Assembly: GCA_043228905.1 (NCBI GenBank)
Contig: JBHGNT010000018.1
Location: 4,898,001 to 4,962,000 of the forward strand
DNA from: Azolla caroliniana
Taxonomy: Eukaryota; Plantae; Polypodiophyta
Length of the DNA stretch: 64,000 bases
Direction of reading: 5' to 3'
Part shown: positions 1 to 11,793 of the stretch, piece after piece
Layout: each line of letters begins with the position of its first letter
How positions within the stretch are numbered: position 1 is the stretch's first letter
Position numbers and translations under genes: made by a program
The notes under the pieces: generated by a model
What the model was told of the DNA's origin: nothing
Databases searched by the model: none
What the model saw: the letters and a program-made list of their open reading frames with translations, nothing else

Positions 1-193
1 CTCCCCCGTAATGGGCGTATACATGGGTTATCTAAGATTACAGGTATAGACTTAGGTTCTCGGACATATCAGCTTTGTTCGAGTCGGCAGGATCCGAAGA
101 CAGAAGACCGAACTGGTCGGGTCGGAACAGTTGAAGCCGATCATTAAGGAGCTGATGTCGGTTGTCGGGAACCATCCTGCTCTGTGTCCGGCT

Positions 194-3100
194 CTAACCG
201 GACTGGTTTGTCGTTACGCCCATCTGATGCCGAAGAGACCGAAAACGGTCTGCCGAGAGACATTTGGTCATTCCATCTGCGACATTATCGGTTGTGGATA
301 TTTTCTCTAGACCGATTTTCCCTGAAATGACGCAGTCCCGAACGAAGTGATATCGAACGTCGATATGTTTGGAGGCGTTGTGGTGAACCGGATTTTTCGA
401 CAAGGCAACAGCACCTTGACTGTCGCTGTAGACAACTGGAGCCGAGTCATGTTCGACTTGTCGAAACGTGTGCGCCAGCCGACCGAGCCACAAAGCTTCT
501 TTTGCTGCGTCGGACGCAGCTACATATTCTGCTTCGGTCGTTGAGGTCGCTGTGCACTCCTGAAGTTTCGACTTCCACGAGATTGCTCCATTGCCGAATT
601 TGAAGCAGTATCCGGTTGTTGATTTCCGACTGTCTATACAGCCGGCGAAGTCCGAGTCGGTGTAACCGACTACGCCTGAGGTTCGGTTCGGTCCGAAAAG
701 AATGCCATGGTCTTTTGTGCCAGCCAGATATCTGAACACATGCTTGACTGCGTTCCAATGCGATCGGCCAGGATTGTGCATAAATCTGCTAACGACTCCT
801 ACGGCATGAGAGATGTCAGGCCGTGTCGCGACCATCAGGTACATAAGGGAGCCGACTGCCGGTGCATACGGTACCGACTTCATATCTTCCCCCTCCGAAC
901 CGGATGTCGGGCAGTCTCGCTGAGAGAGCCGAAGATTCATAGGGAGTGGGGTTGAAGCAGATTTGGCTGATTGCATGTTGAAGCGTTCCAAGACACGTCC
1001 GATATAGTCGGTCTGAGACAAAAAAAGATGTCGTTTATTGCGATGCCGACTAATCTTCATGCCAAGGATGTGTCGTGCCGGACCGAGGTCCTTCATGGCA
1101 AACTTCAACCGCAGTTGCCGAACGAGATCGGCAAGTTCGCCCGCGTGGCGTCCAGAAATTAGCATGTCGTCCACGTAAATGATGAGGAAGATGGGTGATC
1201 CATCTCGAGCTGTGTTGGTGAAGAGACAATGGTCCTCATCGCTTTTGGAGAAGCCGATTGATTGGATGAAGTCGTCGAACTTCTTGTACCATTGTCGCGG
1301 TGCCTGTTTGAGGCCGTATAGACTCTTCCTGAGTCGGCAGACTAGATGTTCTTGGCCAGTTGCCACGAAGCCTTTTGGCTGCTCCATATAAATTTCCTCC
1401 TCGAGATCACCATGGAGGAAGGCTGTTTTGACATCTAGCTGAATCAGCTCCAAGTTGTCGGCTGCCACGACGCCGAGCAGAAGACGAAGGGTTGTCATTT
1501 TCACCACTGGTGAAAAAATCTCGTCGAAGTCGACGCCATATTCTTGTCGGAAGCCCTTCGCAACTAATCTGGCCTTGTACTTTGGGGTGGTCGAATCAGA
1601 CGTCTCTTTTAGTCGATAAACCCACTTGCAAGGAAGAGCACGTCGGTTCCTAGGTAATTCGACCAGATCCCAAGTCTTGTTTGCCCGGATGGAGTGCATT
1701 TCCGACTCCATCGCCAGATGCCAGGTGGCCGAATCGACAGATGTCGATGCTTCTTCGTAAGACGTCGGTTCGCCGGCGTCGGTGAAGAAAATTCCAGGAG
1801 AATACCTCTCCGGAGGTTGCGACAGTCTCTCGGATCGTCGAGGTATGATTGGACTGGTCGCATCGGGTATCGAGGTCGGATGGTCCGAAACCGAATCATT
1901 CGGCTGTGCCGAGTCAGAGTTGTCCGAGTCGGTAGTATAAGGTTCAGCTACCCGTGAAGCTGACCGTGTGTTGAGAGCGGGGCCTTCTTGAAGGGTCGGC
2001 ACATCGGAGAATGTTACCCTTCGGACTTCGATCGGTTTTTCGACTGATGGATTCATAGCCGACTCGTTGAACACAACGTCCGAACTTCGAACGATTTGTC
2101 TGCGTTCGGGGTCCCAGAGTCGGTATCCCATTTCGCCGTCTGATCCATATCCAAGGAAAATGCATTTCCTGGACCGAGGTGCAAGTTTTCGGCGATCATC
2201 TTTCGGAATGAGGGCGTACGCCTCGCATCCGAAGATCCTCAGCTTGTCGTAATTCGGCTTACTGCCGATCCATAGTTCCTGAGGAATTTGAAGTCCTAGA
2301 GGTCTACTTGGCGACATATTGATTATGTGTACTGCCGTGAGTAGAGCCTCTGCCCAGAAGCCATCCGATAGTCCGGAGTGTTGGAGCATGGAAACTATCC
2401 TTTCTTGGATTGTCCGATTCATTCGTTCGGCAATCCCGTTTTGCTCCGGACTGTGTGGTGCCGTAAATTCACGTCGGATGCCGCGTTGTCGGCAGAATTT
2501 GACGAATTCATCGGATTTGAACTCTCCCCCATTGTCTGTCCGAAGGCATTTCAGCTTTCGGTCGGTTTGATTTTCTACCATAGCGAGCCAATCGGTGAAG
2601 ATCGAGAAGACACGATCTTTGGTGCGAATTGGATAAGCCCACACCTTTCGAGTCGAATCGTCAATAAAACTGACGAAGTAAGAGGCACCGCCTAGAGACT
2701 GATGCGGCATTGGGCCACAGACGTCCGAATGGACTAAATCGAGAGGTCTCGTTTCTCTTGGTGCTGATATCGGGTGTGATGCGGCTACTTGTTTGCCATA
2801 CTGGCAATGCTCGCAGAATTGATGGTCCGAGAAGGAGAGTTTGGGGATGTATCCGGCGCTAGATAGGTGCGTGATGCCGGCCTTGCTGAGGTGTCCTAAT
2901 CTTCGGTGCCATAATGATGACACAGGAATGTCCACCAAAAACAGGTTACCCTCTCTGAGCGTAACATGTAACGGATACAGTGAGTGTATCTTGGGTCCTC
3001 TAGCAAGCAGGAGGTTCCCCCTGTGGAGTGTCCACCCTCCCGAAGAAAAACCGGCACGAATGTCGTCTTCATCTAGTTGTCCGACTGAGATCAATGGCCT

Positions 3101-4210
3101 TGTGAGCTCGGGTACATGTCGGACATTGTGGAGTACAAGTGTAGAGCCCCCTGCAAGGTTGAGCTCTATTGTGCCGATTCCGACGATGTCACAGTGTTGT
3201 GAGTTGCCGACTCGAACTGAGTCGGAGTGACGGATCGTATATTGCCGAAATTGGGATCGATGAGGAGTCACGTGAAATGACGCGCCCGAATCCAAGAGCC
3301 ATGTGCTCGATTCTTCAGTCGTGAGTAGAACTTCTGATCCGACTGGATTTTCTATTGATAGTATATTCGGGTCGTCCGGTAGTACATCAGCTGAGAAGCT
3401 GACGTAATTGATCTCCTCATGCCGGCCACTCTTCTTGTTGTTCTTGTTCTTGAGTGCGCGGCAGTCGGCTTTGATGTGTCCGGGTTTCTTGCAATAGTTG
3501 CAGATTCGGTTATCCCGTGACTGGCTCCGTCTTCGCTGATTGTTCGGCGGCCGTGAGGAATCTCGTCCTCGTATGTTCGATCGGTCTGTCGAACCTTGTA
3601 CTATGTAGGCGTCGTCTGTTGAGTCTTTGGCGAAAGACTTTCTCCGAGCTGCTTCGGTCAGGATTGCGCTCGTGACTTCGGAGTATTTAACAGCCGTGGT
3701 TGACGCGTTGCACACGGTTGTGACGAAAGTTTCCCATGATGGGGGAAGGTTGCTCATGAGTATCATTGCTCTGAGTTCATCCTCGATTGCCGTCCCCTGT
3801 GACGAGATTTGGGAGCTTATGCTTTCGTACTCATTGAGGTGTGCTTGGACCGAGTCGGATTCTTTCATCCGCAAGTTGTAGAGGCGCCGGATCAGAAACA
3901 TCTTCGTTGCGGCGACCTTCTTTTCGTAAGTGTCCGACAGTGTTTTCCACAGTTCGAATGCTGTCGTACACGATTGCACCGTGAAGTATACCGATTCCGA
4001 TAGGTGCATCCGAATCGTGGCGCGGACGATTCTGTCCAGCTTCTGCCACTCAATTGGTTTGTATCCTTCTGGAGGTTCTTCATTTTCGATGGGATCGATT
4101 TGCCCCTTGACTATGAGATAGTCCTGCATTTGCTCCTTCCAGAAGTTAAAGTTCGATCCATCGAACTTTCGTAGACTCATTTCTGACGAGCCGGATGTTG
4201 ATGCCATCAA
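194..4210 (-). CDS. copia Gag-Pol polyprotein (Gag, CCHC knuckle, protease, integrase, RT, RNase H)
   Basis: CNYCKKPGHIKADC zinc knuckle; WLLDSGAS protease; HSDVCGP and RTDNGGEF integrase; QLDVKTAFLHG and YVDDML RT; YTDSDFAG..KHIDVRYHF RNase H. Copia domain order, no internal stops. Confidence 0.96.
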   Translation of the reverse strand: MMASTSGSSEMSLRKFDGSNFNFWKEQMQDYLIVKGQIDPIENEEPPEGYKPIEWQKLDRIVRATIRMHLSESVYFTVQSCTTAFELWKTLSDTYEKKVAATKMFLIRRLYNLRMKESDSVQAHLNEYESISSQISSQGTAIEDELRAMILMSNLPPSWETFVTTVCNASTTAVKYSEVTSAILTEAARRKSFAKDSTDDAYIVQGSTDRSNIRGRDSSRPPNNQRRRSQSRDNRICNYCKKPGHIKADCRALKNKNNKKSGRHEEINYVSFSADVLPDDPNILSIENPVGSEVLLTTEESSTWLLDSGASFHVTPHRSQFRQYTIRHSDSVRVGNSQHCDIVGIGTIELNLAGGSTLVLHNVRHVPELTRPLISVGQLDEDDIRAGFSSGGWTLHRGNLLLARGPKIHSLYPLHVTLREGNLFLVDIPVSSLWHRRLGHLSKAGITHLSSAGYIPKLSFSDHQFCEHCQYGKQVAASHPISAPRETRPLDLVHSDVCGPMPHQSLGGASYFVSFIDDSTRKVWAYPIRTKDRVFSIFTDWLAMVENQTDRKLKCLRTDNGGEFKSDEFVKFCRQRGIRREFTAPHSPEQNGIAERMNRTIQERIVSMLQHSGLSDGFWAEALLTAVHIINMSPSRPLGLQIPQELWIGSKPNYDKLRIFGCEAYALIPKDDRRKLAPRSRKCIFLGYGSDGEMGYRLWDPERRQIVRSSDVVFNESAMNPSVEKPIEVRRVTFSDVPTLQEGPALNTRSASRVAEPYTTDSDNSDSAQPNDSVSDHPTSIPDATSPIIPRRSERLSQPPERYSPGIFFTDAGEPTSYEEASTSVDSATWHLAMESEMHSIRANKTWDLVELPRNRRALPCKWVYRLKETSDSTTPKYKARLVAKGFRQEYGVDFDEIFSPVVKMTTLRLLLGVVAADNLELIQLDVKTAFLHGDLEEEIYMEQPKGFVATGQEHLVCRLRKSLYGLKQAPRQWYKKFDDFIQSIGFSKSDEDHCLFTNTARDGSPIFLIIYVDDMLISGRHAGELADLVRQLRLKFAMKDLGPARHILGMKISRHRNKRHLFLSQTDYIGRVLERFNMQSAKSASTPLPMNLRLSQRDCPTSGSEGEDMKSVPYAPAVGSLMYLMVATRPDISHAVGVVSRFMHNPGRSHWNAVKHVFRYLAGTKDHGILFGPNRTSGVVGYTDSDFAGCIDSRKSTTGYCFKFGNGAISWKSKLQECTATSTTEAEYVAASDAAKEALWLGRLAHTFRQVEHDSAPVVYSDSQGAVALSKNPVHHNASKHIDVRYHFVRDCVISGKIGLEKISTTDNVADGMTKCLSADRFRSLRHQMGVTTNQSG

Positions 4211-4784
4211 ATTTGGTTTCGGTTGACGAAGCTCGGTTCGGAGTTGACTACGAATCTTGTTGGAGTGCAGCCTGTTGGCTCACCCGATATCGTTCTAGTC
4301 GGATTTGAACCCGAGTCGGTTCGGCTTCGGATATATGTATTGTTGAACTTGCTCGAATTGACTACGGTAACCTGAGGGACAGAACCGACTGGTCTTCCCG
4401 AATGTCGCCGAGTCGGAGTGAGCCCGGTTCGCTTCGGATATATATGCCGAATACCGATTATTGAAACCGATTATCTGGACCGATTCGGCTTCGGGTGACT
4501 GCAGCGACGAGAGAGACGGATCCGACTGATCCTCCCGAATGTCGATCAGCCAGATGAAGCACGAATTTGGGTTGTTGTCAAAGTTGCACAAGGGGATTTC
4601 ACCTCGAGCGGTTACGATCACAAGGGACAGAGTACAACCTGCTGGCTTACTCCAAGCAAGGGGATCTAACGCGATGAGGTGCAAACCTCGTTTTTGTTCT
4701 TCTTCTCTCTTTCTTCGAATGACGCAGGAAACCGAATGCAGAGACGACGGCCGACAGCGGATTGAAGGACCGACTACTGTGCAG

Positions 4785-4796
4785 GCTCTGATACCA
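4785..4796 (-). promoter_or_regulatory. primer-binding site for tRNA-iMet
   Basis: Minus strand reads TGGTATCAGAGC, 2 nt inside the LTR end. Confidence 0.93.
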
Positions 4797-4798
4797 GA

Positions 4799-5077
4799 TG
4801 TTGGAAGCAATGTCGTCAGTGCGGAAGATCTTGAAGCACTCGATTCCTGTTTATTCCCTGTGTATGACAGAATGTAGGTCGTTGCACAGAGAGAGAGAGA
4901 GAGACACACAAAAGACTCTTTATTTCACAAAGCAATAATACAACAACCAACCTCACAAAGAGGTTACAAGGTCACTATATATAGTGACCGACTTAGGGCA
5001 ACTACCCTTTATGCTAATTACATAAATGGCCAAAACGGGATGGTGTGAATACGTCCATTATACACATGTATTCGACA
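4799..5077 (-). repeat. 5' LTR of copia X copy 1 (279 bp)
   Basis: Plus strand TGTTGG...TTCGACA; homologous to LTRs at 50448-50731 and 55514-55797. Confidence 0.93.
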
Positions 5078-6168
5078 CGGGCGACGTTACAACCCGGAAA
5101 GTATGGCAGGCGGGCTTATGGTGGCCAACAACGCAGAAGGACGCATCCGCATATTGTAGAAAGTGTGATTTGTGTCAACGGATGGGACAGCTCGTGGAGG
5201 GCGCAAGGATGCCACACCAGCCCATATTACCGCTAGACCCCTTCCAAAAGTGGGGATTGGATTTTGTGGGGCCCTTCACACCGGCGGCAGCCCATACGGG
5301 CAATAAATACATATTGGTAGCCACGGATTATTGCACAAAATGGGTAGAAGCAAAGGCACTACGTGAAAATACGGCGTCCGTCACAACTAGATTCCTTTAC
5401 GAGCACATCTGGTGCCGGTTCGGCTGTCCGATTGAGCTTATCAGTGACCAAGGGAGCCACTTTCTCAATACGGTTGTTCGAGAATTAACACATCATTATG
5501 CCATAGTCCATAAGAAGAGTACACCATATTATCCGCAGGCGAATGGATTAGCAGAATCCACCAACAAGACATTGTAGACCATTTTGAAGAAAATCGTCAA
5601 TGAAAATAGAACGGACTAGGATACCAAACTATAGAGTGTGTTATGGGCGTACAAAACTAGCGACAAAACAAGCATATAGTCAACGTCGTTTCGACTAGCG
5701 TTTGGGCTGGAGGTTGTGATGCCGGTTGAATTTCAAGTACCTAGTTTGCGAATTCAGGTACGACACCGACTATCAGAAGCCAAGTCAGAGGAGGTACGGC
5801 TCCACCAACTCCTCGAACTAGGGGAAAAACGCATCCTTAGCATGGCTGTGTTCGAACAGGAACAACGACGGCGTAAAGCGTTTGTGGATCGACATCGGAA
5901 CGCAAGGAAAAAGGAGTTCGCCATGGGTCGAGCAATGTTGGTTTTCCAAACTCACATGGGCCATATGCCGGGGAAGTTACGATTCCGCTGGACCGGCCCA
6001 TACTGGATAATTGGAGCGGAACAAGGCACGTTCCAACTAGGTACGCTGGCCGGGGAAGTAGTCCGGCAAAACGTGAATGGTTTCGGCTCAAACCTTACAT
6101 GGGCCCTACGCCACCTAACCCATTCACCGCCGAACAGGACAGAGCCGGAGAACCCGCACCATAAATGA
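5078..6168 (+). pseudogene. gypsy integrase fragment
   Basis: GLWWPT..CRKCDLCQR, PFQKWGLDFVGP, LISDQGSHF, YPQANGLAE, GKLRFRWTGPY; in-frame stops (e.g. TAG 5575-5577). Confidence 0.9.
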
Positions 6169-6497
6169 GCGGCCCCACTTGTACCATAATGTAAAAATAG
6201 GTTGTAGATAACCGTTATGAAAAAAAAAAAAAAGGGGGAGAAGATAGCGACTATTAAAACGACTAAAGACATGCACAAACTCCTAGTTCAAGAACACGCG
6301 GCACCACAATGGCTCACCGCCCAATGAACCCTAAGCCACAAAAAGAAGGAAATAGAAGATTTTCTACACAAAACAAAAACTCATCTTCTAGCTATCAACG
6401 CTTCCATCGCTCCTCCCCCTCACCTTCTCCTCCATCCTATCACACAGCTACAGCCCACCGCAACCACCAGTCTCCGTCCCACGAACCTCCTCTGGCG

Positions 6498-9265
6498 ATG
6501 ACGATCTTCATCTCTACTGCCTTACACCGATGGCTCGTGGAGAAACGCTTGGATGGGTACATCTGGGTCGCAGAAGCACCCCCACACCCGAATGCCATGG
6601 ACATCGCCAGGAAGCTTAACATCGACACGGTCACCAACTCCCCATCCGGAAGAAGTTGGACCTGTCATCGCTAAGCGAAAGGCATTTCTACATCCCTCCT
6701 GTAGAGGCGCTGCAGCGATATTTCGGGCCATATTCCTCCTCCGCCAAGGCCTATAGAACCAAGTAGATTCCGGATCCCTTCTTTCGTGAAGTTGCCAAGT
6801 TCCTGCTAGAAGTCGACTGCGTACATGTCAACACATATGGGATGCCTAAGCAGAAGCCAGGCATCATTATCGATACCTTTGAGGGGTACGCGGTCGATTG
6901 GGGGGTCATCACAGAGCCGGCGTTAAGGGAAGGCCTGCATGCGTACCAGGCAGGCAAAAAGCTCAGGGAGATCATACAACAGTACCTTACGGTACTATTT
7001 CCACCCCAAGGCCTGCCGGCACCACATCCCAGTTGGCCCACGCCCCCGCTCCGATCCGCGAAGCGCAGGTTAGCGGAGTTATCAGCCCCAGAGTCGGAAG
7101 AGGAACCCCAACCCGCCCATCCTGACCCAAGGACAACATCACCTACCGACCAGCCAGACACATGGACAACGCAGGAGGAACAACTGGCACGTTCCATGGA
7201 AGCAGCCCCAGAGCCAGACACCGAAACACGGCAGGATAGCCCCAGACCGAAACGGCGTAGATTGGACAGGAAAGATGGACGGGGGTTGGTCAAAAATGTT
7301 CCCACGGCGATAGAAACACCGACCGAAGGCGATGACTCTGCAGCTACGGAACCCAATACCACCTTCGAAATCATCCGGGAGCCACGGCCGATCATTACAA
7401 CCCAGTCCCTACGAGGGAAAGCCGTATTGACAACGGAAAACGAGGTTTTGGCATATTCGGATATCCCGGATACGGCCCATGAGTTCAGCGCCCTCTTACA
7501 ATTCGGCACTTCTTTTGAGCTCATGGAGTTCCTGGCAACACAACAGGTAAAAGTCGCCCAACGAATGGCCGCAAAGCATGCGGAACGCCAGATGATTGAG
7601 CGCGCCCTAACACAAACGACGGAGAGCAACGATGAGGACCAGTTAGCCAGGGTCGGCAGATAGAGGAACGTTGGGGTACGCCGAGTGGGGATGGAGATAC
7701 CCCCATTAAACACAGCCCTAGTTGAAGTCCATTGGGAACTGGCAAAGGTCAACATGGGTGCCAAGGAGATGGCCATAAAAAATAAGAATGTCTGGAAGAA
7801 GGTGAAACTAACCCAAGTCGAACTACAAAAAGCCAACGAACGCATCGCGGAGTTGGAAGCTCATGCGGCTACGGCGCAACACGCAACTCTGCCACCAAAC
7901 CATGCCATCGACGCTTTAAAGGAAGAAATTGATGCTCAGACCGCCATCGCCTCAAAAGCGAAAAGGGTCGTGCAACTAGCGGAATCAAAAATTGACCGCC
8001 TTCAAGCGGAACTATGCCAATCCTCAGATAGAGAAAAGGAGATACGGGCTAACGACCGGAAGGCAGTAAAAACCCTTGAAGAGAAACTCGCTAAGGACGT
8101 AGCTCAGCACATCTGGACAAAAGACGACAACGCCCAATTACAGGAGGACGCGAAGAAATCGGAGGCGGCAATCACGGGACTCCGGGCCTTATTAGAAAAA
8201 AAGAAGGTATGGTTCGACGAGTAGTTGGTGGTCGAACAAGTCAGAAGGCATCAGCTCGAAGTCCACCTAAACAATGAAATGGGGAAATTAGAAGAACAAC
8301 ATGCAAAGGAATCCCAGCTATGGGCGGGCCTGAAGGCCACGTACGAAGAAGCGGCGGCGGTTAAACAACAAGAAATCGCGAACCTCCAGAAGTCGATGGA
8401 GGACGCACATAACTATTGCCAAGCCATCACAGATAACGTGTGTATCATTCTCCAAACAAATCGGGAGAGGTTCACAACGAAATTGAAAACGGCGTTGGAC
8501 AAAGGATGGATGGCGTGGGCAACCCAAGCAGCGGAATTGCACGCGTATCGTGCGAACTGGGAGAACCGGCGAAAAGACGGCCGAGGTTTCTATAAACTAA
8601 ATGAGGAGAGCATTGCGGCCGTACGAGAGGACCTAGCGCAAGACTATCGTGCACTAGTGGACCAACACTCCGAAGAACTCGTGCAGCTCTTAGATGATTT
8701 TGGTGAAAGCCAGGAGGAGCTATTTCACCATATCACACAAGCCGGCAACACGCGCACAAACGAGGAATCCAGCGCGACGCCAATTCCAGGCACGACCGAA
8801 GAAGAGGAACCTCAGGCCCGATCACCAGAAATGACAACGATGGAGAACAGCGCGGACTGACGAGCGGAGTCCCCCACAGGACCAGACAGCGAAACCACTG
8901 CACAAGAGGAGGTTCATCCGCACAAGCCCACGCTATCATCGGACCACACGGAGAACGGTGCGGGCCAGGCGGAATCTCCGCCCCACTCCCCGGAACGTAC
9001 AAAAACGGCCGACACCACGGAGGACGTAACAATGGAGGCAGAGCAGCAGCCAACTACAAGCACGACAACGGCGGAGCCCAACCCATTAGCTCAAGGAGAG
9101 CGCACCGTACCCTCACCGCCCACACACGGCAACTACGACTCCGGGAGAAACTAGCCCGACCAAACAGGGGAGCCACACCACGATGCACCTACGGGCCCTA
9201 CGTCACCTCCAGACGCGGACACCGCAGCAGAGCCAAACATCCAGGCCATTTTGGAAGAGGATTAA
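6498..9265 (+). pseudogene. decayed additional ORF of the gypsy element (about 920 codons: globular N-terminus, disordered linker, coiled-coil-like region, acidic/Pro/Thr tail)
   Basis: ORFs 6842-7663, 7685-8224 and 8225-8860 share one frame that also reads through 6662-6841 and 8861-9265; breaks are single TAG/TGA codons (6764, 7661, 8222, 8858, 9152) plus one inferred frameshift near 6640-6660. Confidence 0.7.
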
Positions 9266-9281
9266 CGGGATGGGTCCAACG

Positions 9282-9749
9282 TGCCAGGGCACTGTCCCAC
9301 AGGTGTGCCAGGTGTTGTCCGCCGAAATAGTAACCGACGGACAAGAGTGTAGGAAATAAGAAATAATATAAGATCATAACGCATGTAACGGTTCACGCAG
9401 GAAGCGTGAACGGCTAAATAGACCTTGCGTATATAAAGGGCAAAAAACTGTTGATAGAGGAAGCGTGTAATTTTGGGAATGTAAGAAACGTCTCATAATA
9501 GAATTCTATCTTCTCTTATTCTCTGTGTATAGCTACGGCTAATCCACTATGTGTGTCTTGAAGACCTAAGCGTTTAAGAACGTAAGTGTAACCTTTGCTA
9601 AGGATTTGGATGTAGTCGTCTCCCTTATACGTTGATAGGTTACAGGGAACATTCCCCTACGCATTACGCTTAGGCGCCTATTCGTTGTTCCACACCCACT
9701 TGGAGGTCTAGGTCGAAGGACTGACCTCGGACCGTGTTCCTAATCGGCA
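9282..9749 (+). repeat. putative 3' LTR of the gypsy element (left edge uncertain)
   Basis: TGCC...GGCA termini, TATATAAA near 9430, hairpin GTTCACGC-N5-GCGTGAAC 9391-9411. No convincing PPT in front and no second copy in the window. Confidence 0.45.
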
Positions 9750-11793
9750 ATAGTTGGTCCCCATACATCTGAATGTATTATATCCAAGATCCCTTTGCTT
9801 ACGTTCCTCTCCTTTGGGAATGGTTGTCGGTGTTGTTTGCCGAATTGACAAGCTTCGCACACGCCTGCTCTTTCCTTTTCGGTAAAGGTCAGGAGTCCGA
9901 TGACGACTCCTTTCGATTGCATTCCCTTGAGCTTTTGGAGGTTGATGTGGCCTATCCTCTTGTGCCCCAACTCTATGTCATTGTTGGCTCTTTGGCCCTT
10001 AGCATACGTTGCCGAATTCATTTGGTGAGAGTCGAGGATGAACATCCGACCTTCTCTCCGACCGCGAGCGATGAGTCGACTTTCTTTTTCGATGAAGCAT
10101 CCTCCATGGTTAAAGCGGACTTGCATGCCTTGTTCAACTATGTGGCCAACTGAGACCAAGTTCTTTGTTATTGTAGAACATGCAGAACGTTCTTGATGTA
10201 GGTTTGGTTGCCTTCTTCCCCAAATGGGACATTGCCGACATGTTGAATGGGGTGAATTGTGTCATCCCCAATTTCCACATAGTTGGGTCGTTCAGGCTTT
10301 CGTAGCTCCTTGAATCTATCCTCGTGGGATGTCATGTGGTTGGATGCACCCGAGTCAACCAACCATACATCTTCTGTTTTGGAGGTGTTGGTCAGGTTGG
10401 AGGTTGTCATCGAGTTTGCTCTGTGCCTCATCACAAACATTCCACCACGATTGTCGTACTAGTCGGAGTTGGAGGCGTAGTTTGTGAGTTATCGGCTTGT
10501 GGAGGCCGACTCACTCTTCTTTTTCTGACACTCTACCTCATAGTGGCCGGATTTACCACAGTATCTACACTGAGCGGGATTGTTTTGTCGGTTGGGTCCG
10601 GCCTGATTGCTCCCCCTTCTTCGAGACGCTCCACCTCAGACGTTCAACACGCATTGTCAGTAATAGAAGTTATGTTCTCGAGGTTGCTCTTGGTTGTGTC
10701 AGCCTTGGCCGAATCGGCCTCTTCTTCCCCGACCTTGTCCTCTTCCTTCATCGAAGTTCAAATAGAGCATTTGTCCTTCTTGCACATTGCTTCTTGTTCA
10801 AACATGGTTCTCCTCGACCAACAACATCGACTGAATATCAAAGGAGGGAGGATTCTCCCTCGCAAGGACTGCTAACCGAATCACTCCGAACCGAGGTGCT
10901 AAGCCTCCGAGGTAGATCTGCACCATTTCATCGTCGTCAATGCTAACATTGATTGACCCAAGGGCATCGCACAACTCCTTGATCTTCAAGGTGTAGCTGC
11001 CAATTAGCATGTCCCTCTGTTGTATGTCGTTCAACCCTTGACGAAGTTGAAGCTTTCTTGTAGTCGTGTTGACCACGAAAATCTTCTTCAGGTTCCCCAT
11101 GCCTCCTTCGGCGTTTTGGTCTCTCGGATGTAGCCGAGCATGTGATCATGAACGCATGATGCAAGGCAATATAACACACGACTCACCGCTTGTCCCAGGC
11201 TAGGTAGTCGACATATGTTGGGTTGGGTTGATTTTTGTTTACTCCTTTGACATAACTCCAATAGCCTTGGTTGACAAGGTATTGGTGCATCTTGTACTCC
11301 CAATATGCAAAGTTGTTTCTGTCAAGTTTTTCGGTAGGAAGATCGCTTCCCACCTGTGTGTTCATGTCGAGCTTCTTCTTCTTCTTCTTTGATGCGAACT
11401 ATGTTGATTACTACTACGACAATCTGTCGGTTCTTCCCGAATGCGGAATCAGGCACAACACACGCAGAGGCGATGGGCTTCGATCAAGCAACCACGCACT
11501 CTGATACCATGTATAGGAACGGATGGATTATGTGCAGCGGAAGAACTGTGTGTGTGTGTGTGCGGGAGAGAGAGAGAGAGAGAGCTCACGACTATAGAAA
11601 ATCAGAAAACTATATTTCAAGAAAGCAAGAATAATCAACAACTTTACAAAGAGAAGGAGAAGGTGCTTATGTAATCACCTTCTCTCTAGATCCTCTCACT
11701 AGAAGCGCCTCTTAGGAAAGAGGTCAAGTCTTGACTATTGAATGAATATGTATCATAGAACATTAACTTCTATGACACACTAGTTACTATACA
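9750..11793 (-). mobile_element. decayed Ty1/copia (family Y) 5' part, interrupted in integrase by the gypsy element
   Basis: LTR 11510-11793 with TGTATAG...CTATACA termini; PBS TGGTATCAGAGT 11498-11509; broken Gag (EKLDRNNFAYWEYKM), WLVDSGAS protease, GAG-pre-integrase, ends at HSDVWGPT. Confidence 0.88.

Larger units (their letters stand above)
1..5077 (-). mobile_element. Ty1/copia LTR retrotransposon, family X copy 1 (3' LTR lies just left of the window)
   Basis: PPT (plus-strand CTCCCCC, 1-7) at the window edge; intact 1338-aa polyprotein; iMet PBS 4785-4796; TG..CA LTR 4799-5077. Colinear with the complete copy at 50448-55797. Confidence 0.97.
5078..9749 (+). mobile_element. 3' half of a decayed non-chromovirus Ty3/gypsy element (integrase, extra ORF, probable 3' LTR)
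   Basis: Gypsy integrase starts mid zinc-binding domain right after the copia LTR; no chromodomain follows; long extra ORF, then a TATA-containing segment ending GGCA at the junction with an unrelated copia. Confidence 0.8.

Noticed and set aside
347-4121. Many short plus-strand and alternate-frame ORFs over the copia polyproteins (also 51179-54853 and 56729-60647)
   Set aside because: Shadow ORFs of GC-rich coding sequence; their recurrence reflects the two family X copies.
4295-4909. 204-aa ORF upstream of copia X gag
   Set aside because: Spans LTR, PBS and leader, and is frame-broken in copy 2.
5026-5077. Apparent N-terminus of the 183-aa integrase ORF
   Set aside because: These codons come from the copia LTR; the ORF is a junction chimera.
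6751-7845. 364-aa antisense ORF in the gypsy extra region
   Set aside because: Mirror of the longer sense frame; no recognisable motifs.
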